A stretch of 64,000 bases of DNA from sequence record MK327940.1, one strand, 5' to 3'. The DNA is from Escherichia phage vB_EcoM_G29. Position numbers and translations under genes: made by a program. This document shows, piece after piece, positions 62,828 to 64,000 of the stretch (position 1 is its first letter; each line of letters opens with the position of its first letter). The notes below the pieces were generated by a model. It was not told the DNA's origin and made no database searches. It saw only the letters and a program-made list of their open reading frames with translations.

Positions 62828-63022
62828 TTATTTGAATTGTGCAATTCTTTTCTCTAGACATTCAGCATAAGATTTCATTGAGATAAACTGCGAAAGTAAC
62901 AGTTCTTGCTCAACTGCATTAACTGTTAGAAACTTTGCGCTTTCTAAAAATTTGCTCAGTGCATTAATTTTGAGCATTAATTGATCGTATTCTTCTTTTA
63001 CTCGTGCTTGATAACCTAACAT
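62828..63022 (-). CDS. Hypothetical protein (denB.1 position)
   Basis: 64-aa ORF with SD GAGGA, preceded by a UUCG hairpin. Confidence 0.55.
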   Translation of the reverse strand: MLGYQARVKEEYDQLMLKINALSKFLESAKFLTVNAVEQELLLSQFISMKSYAECLEKRIAQFK

Positions 63023-63050
63023 AATTTTCCTCAGTTAAGGGCCGAAGCCC

Positions 63051-63989
63051 TTATTTAAATTGTTCAGTAACGTCTTCAACTACTTCGTATTGGCAGGTAC
63101 GCATTTTAGCATCGTTGTAATCAATCGGAATTGATACTACATCACGCGGATGTACTTTAACTTTTACAACTCGGCTAGTTGAACTGCCAAAGTGACGAAT
63201 ATAAGATTTAGAACACACATGCAGACCGCGAGAACAAGTTTGTGTATCATCGTCATTCACACGAGTACGTGGCATTTTAACTACTTTACCAGGGCTGTTA
63301 TCAAAAGTATTTGAATGACAGTCAAAGTAATTACTGCGAACTACTTTCCAAGCATAGAAGTAACCGTCTTCTGTAATTTCAATATCGTTTGCTACCAAGA
63401 AATCAAAGAGTCGAGATACCGCTTTTTGGCTTGGGTTTTCCAACAGATTTTCCAAGAACGGAAAATAGAATTCAAAGTTTTCGCCTTTTTCCATCGAGTC
63501 AAGAATACGATCAACCAAACCAGATCGCAATTCAATATTTTGATAGAACAAGCTTCCACCTTCAATTCGAACATCGCCGGAAATATATTTTTCAACAGCG
63601 CGACGAACATTAATTTTTTGTGCCGCTTCTTCCAACTTATCCGCTACAAGCAGATTAAGAATTTCCTGGAAGTTTGAATGAGTATTAGGAGTTGCGTTAT
63701 AAGTTACACCGTCAACAGTAATTGAAATGAATTTTTTAGATGCATTCCAAATAATGTCAGATTTAGCAACTGGAGCAATAACTGCATCGCTATTAACTTT
63801 AACTGTAATATCACCGCTAATAGTAACTTTAGAGCGTTTAGCTTCTTCAGCATTTTTCAAAACACGACGAATTGTGTCAACCGATACACCTTGCCAATCA
63901 GCCAATTCCTGTTGGGTGTAATTACCACTTGAATACAATTTAACAATTTCAGCTTGTTCGTTTTTGGTCAGGCATTTAATATTGTACAT
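63051..63989 (-). CDS. rIIB: RIIB rapid-lysis protein
   Basis: 312-aa ORF (T4 rIIB length); ATG at 63987-63989 with SD AAGGAAA. Confidence 0.85.
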   Translation of the reverse strand: MYNIKCLTKNEQAEIVKLYSSGNYTQQELADWQGVSVDTIRRVLKNAEEAKRSKVTISGDITVKVNSDAVIAPVAKSDIIWNASKKFISITVDGVTYNATPNTHSNFQEILNLLVADKLEEAAQKINVRRAVEKYISGDVRIEGGSLFYQNIELRSGLVDRILDSMEKGENFEFYFPFLENLLENPSQKAVSRLFDFLVANDIEITEDGYFYAWKVVRSNYFDCHSNTFDNSPGKVVKMPRTRVNDDDTQTCSRGLHVCSKSYIRHFGSSTSRVVKVKVHPRDVVSIPIDYNDAKMRTCQYEVVEDVTEQFK

Positions 63990-64000
63990 AATTTTCCTTA

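Overview
This window is a contiguous block of a T4-like (T-even) myovirus genome with all of the compared genes in T4 order. It runs from the 3' part of major capsid gene 23 through 24, rnlB, hoc, inh, uvsW, uvsY, baseplate genes 25-26-51-27-28-29-48-54, two tandem alt genes, DNA ligase 30 and its small-ORF block, rIII, 31, cd, pseT, spanins, alc, rnlA, denA, nrdB, nrdA, td, frd, 32, 59, 33, dsbA, rnh, tail-fibre genes 34-38, holin t, asiA, arn, motA, 52, stp, ndd, denB and rIIB. It is not T4 itself: td and nrdB are uninterrupted, no homing-endonuclease genes are present, and gene 38 is a glycine-rich T2-type adhesin. I found no tRNA, rRNA, CRISPR array or mobile element. The strongest anomaly is a perfect 55-bp tandem duplication inside hoc that frameshifts the gene. 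Other points worth a second look are a second full-length Alt-type ADP-ribosyltransferase, a HAD phosphatase plus NADAR-like pair next to ligase, a 355-bp GC-enriched non-coding gap between rIII and the 30.9-position ORF, and extra ORFs at td/frd and frd.3/32 relative to T4. All calls come from reading the sequence and from remembered T4 biology; no database search was run, and gene names for small ORFs are positional guesses.
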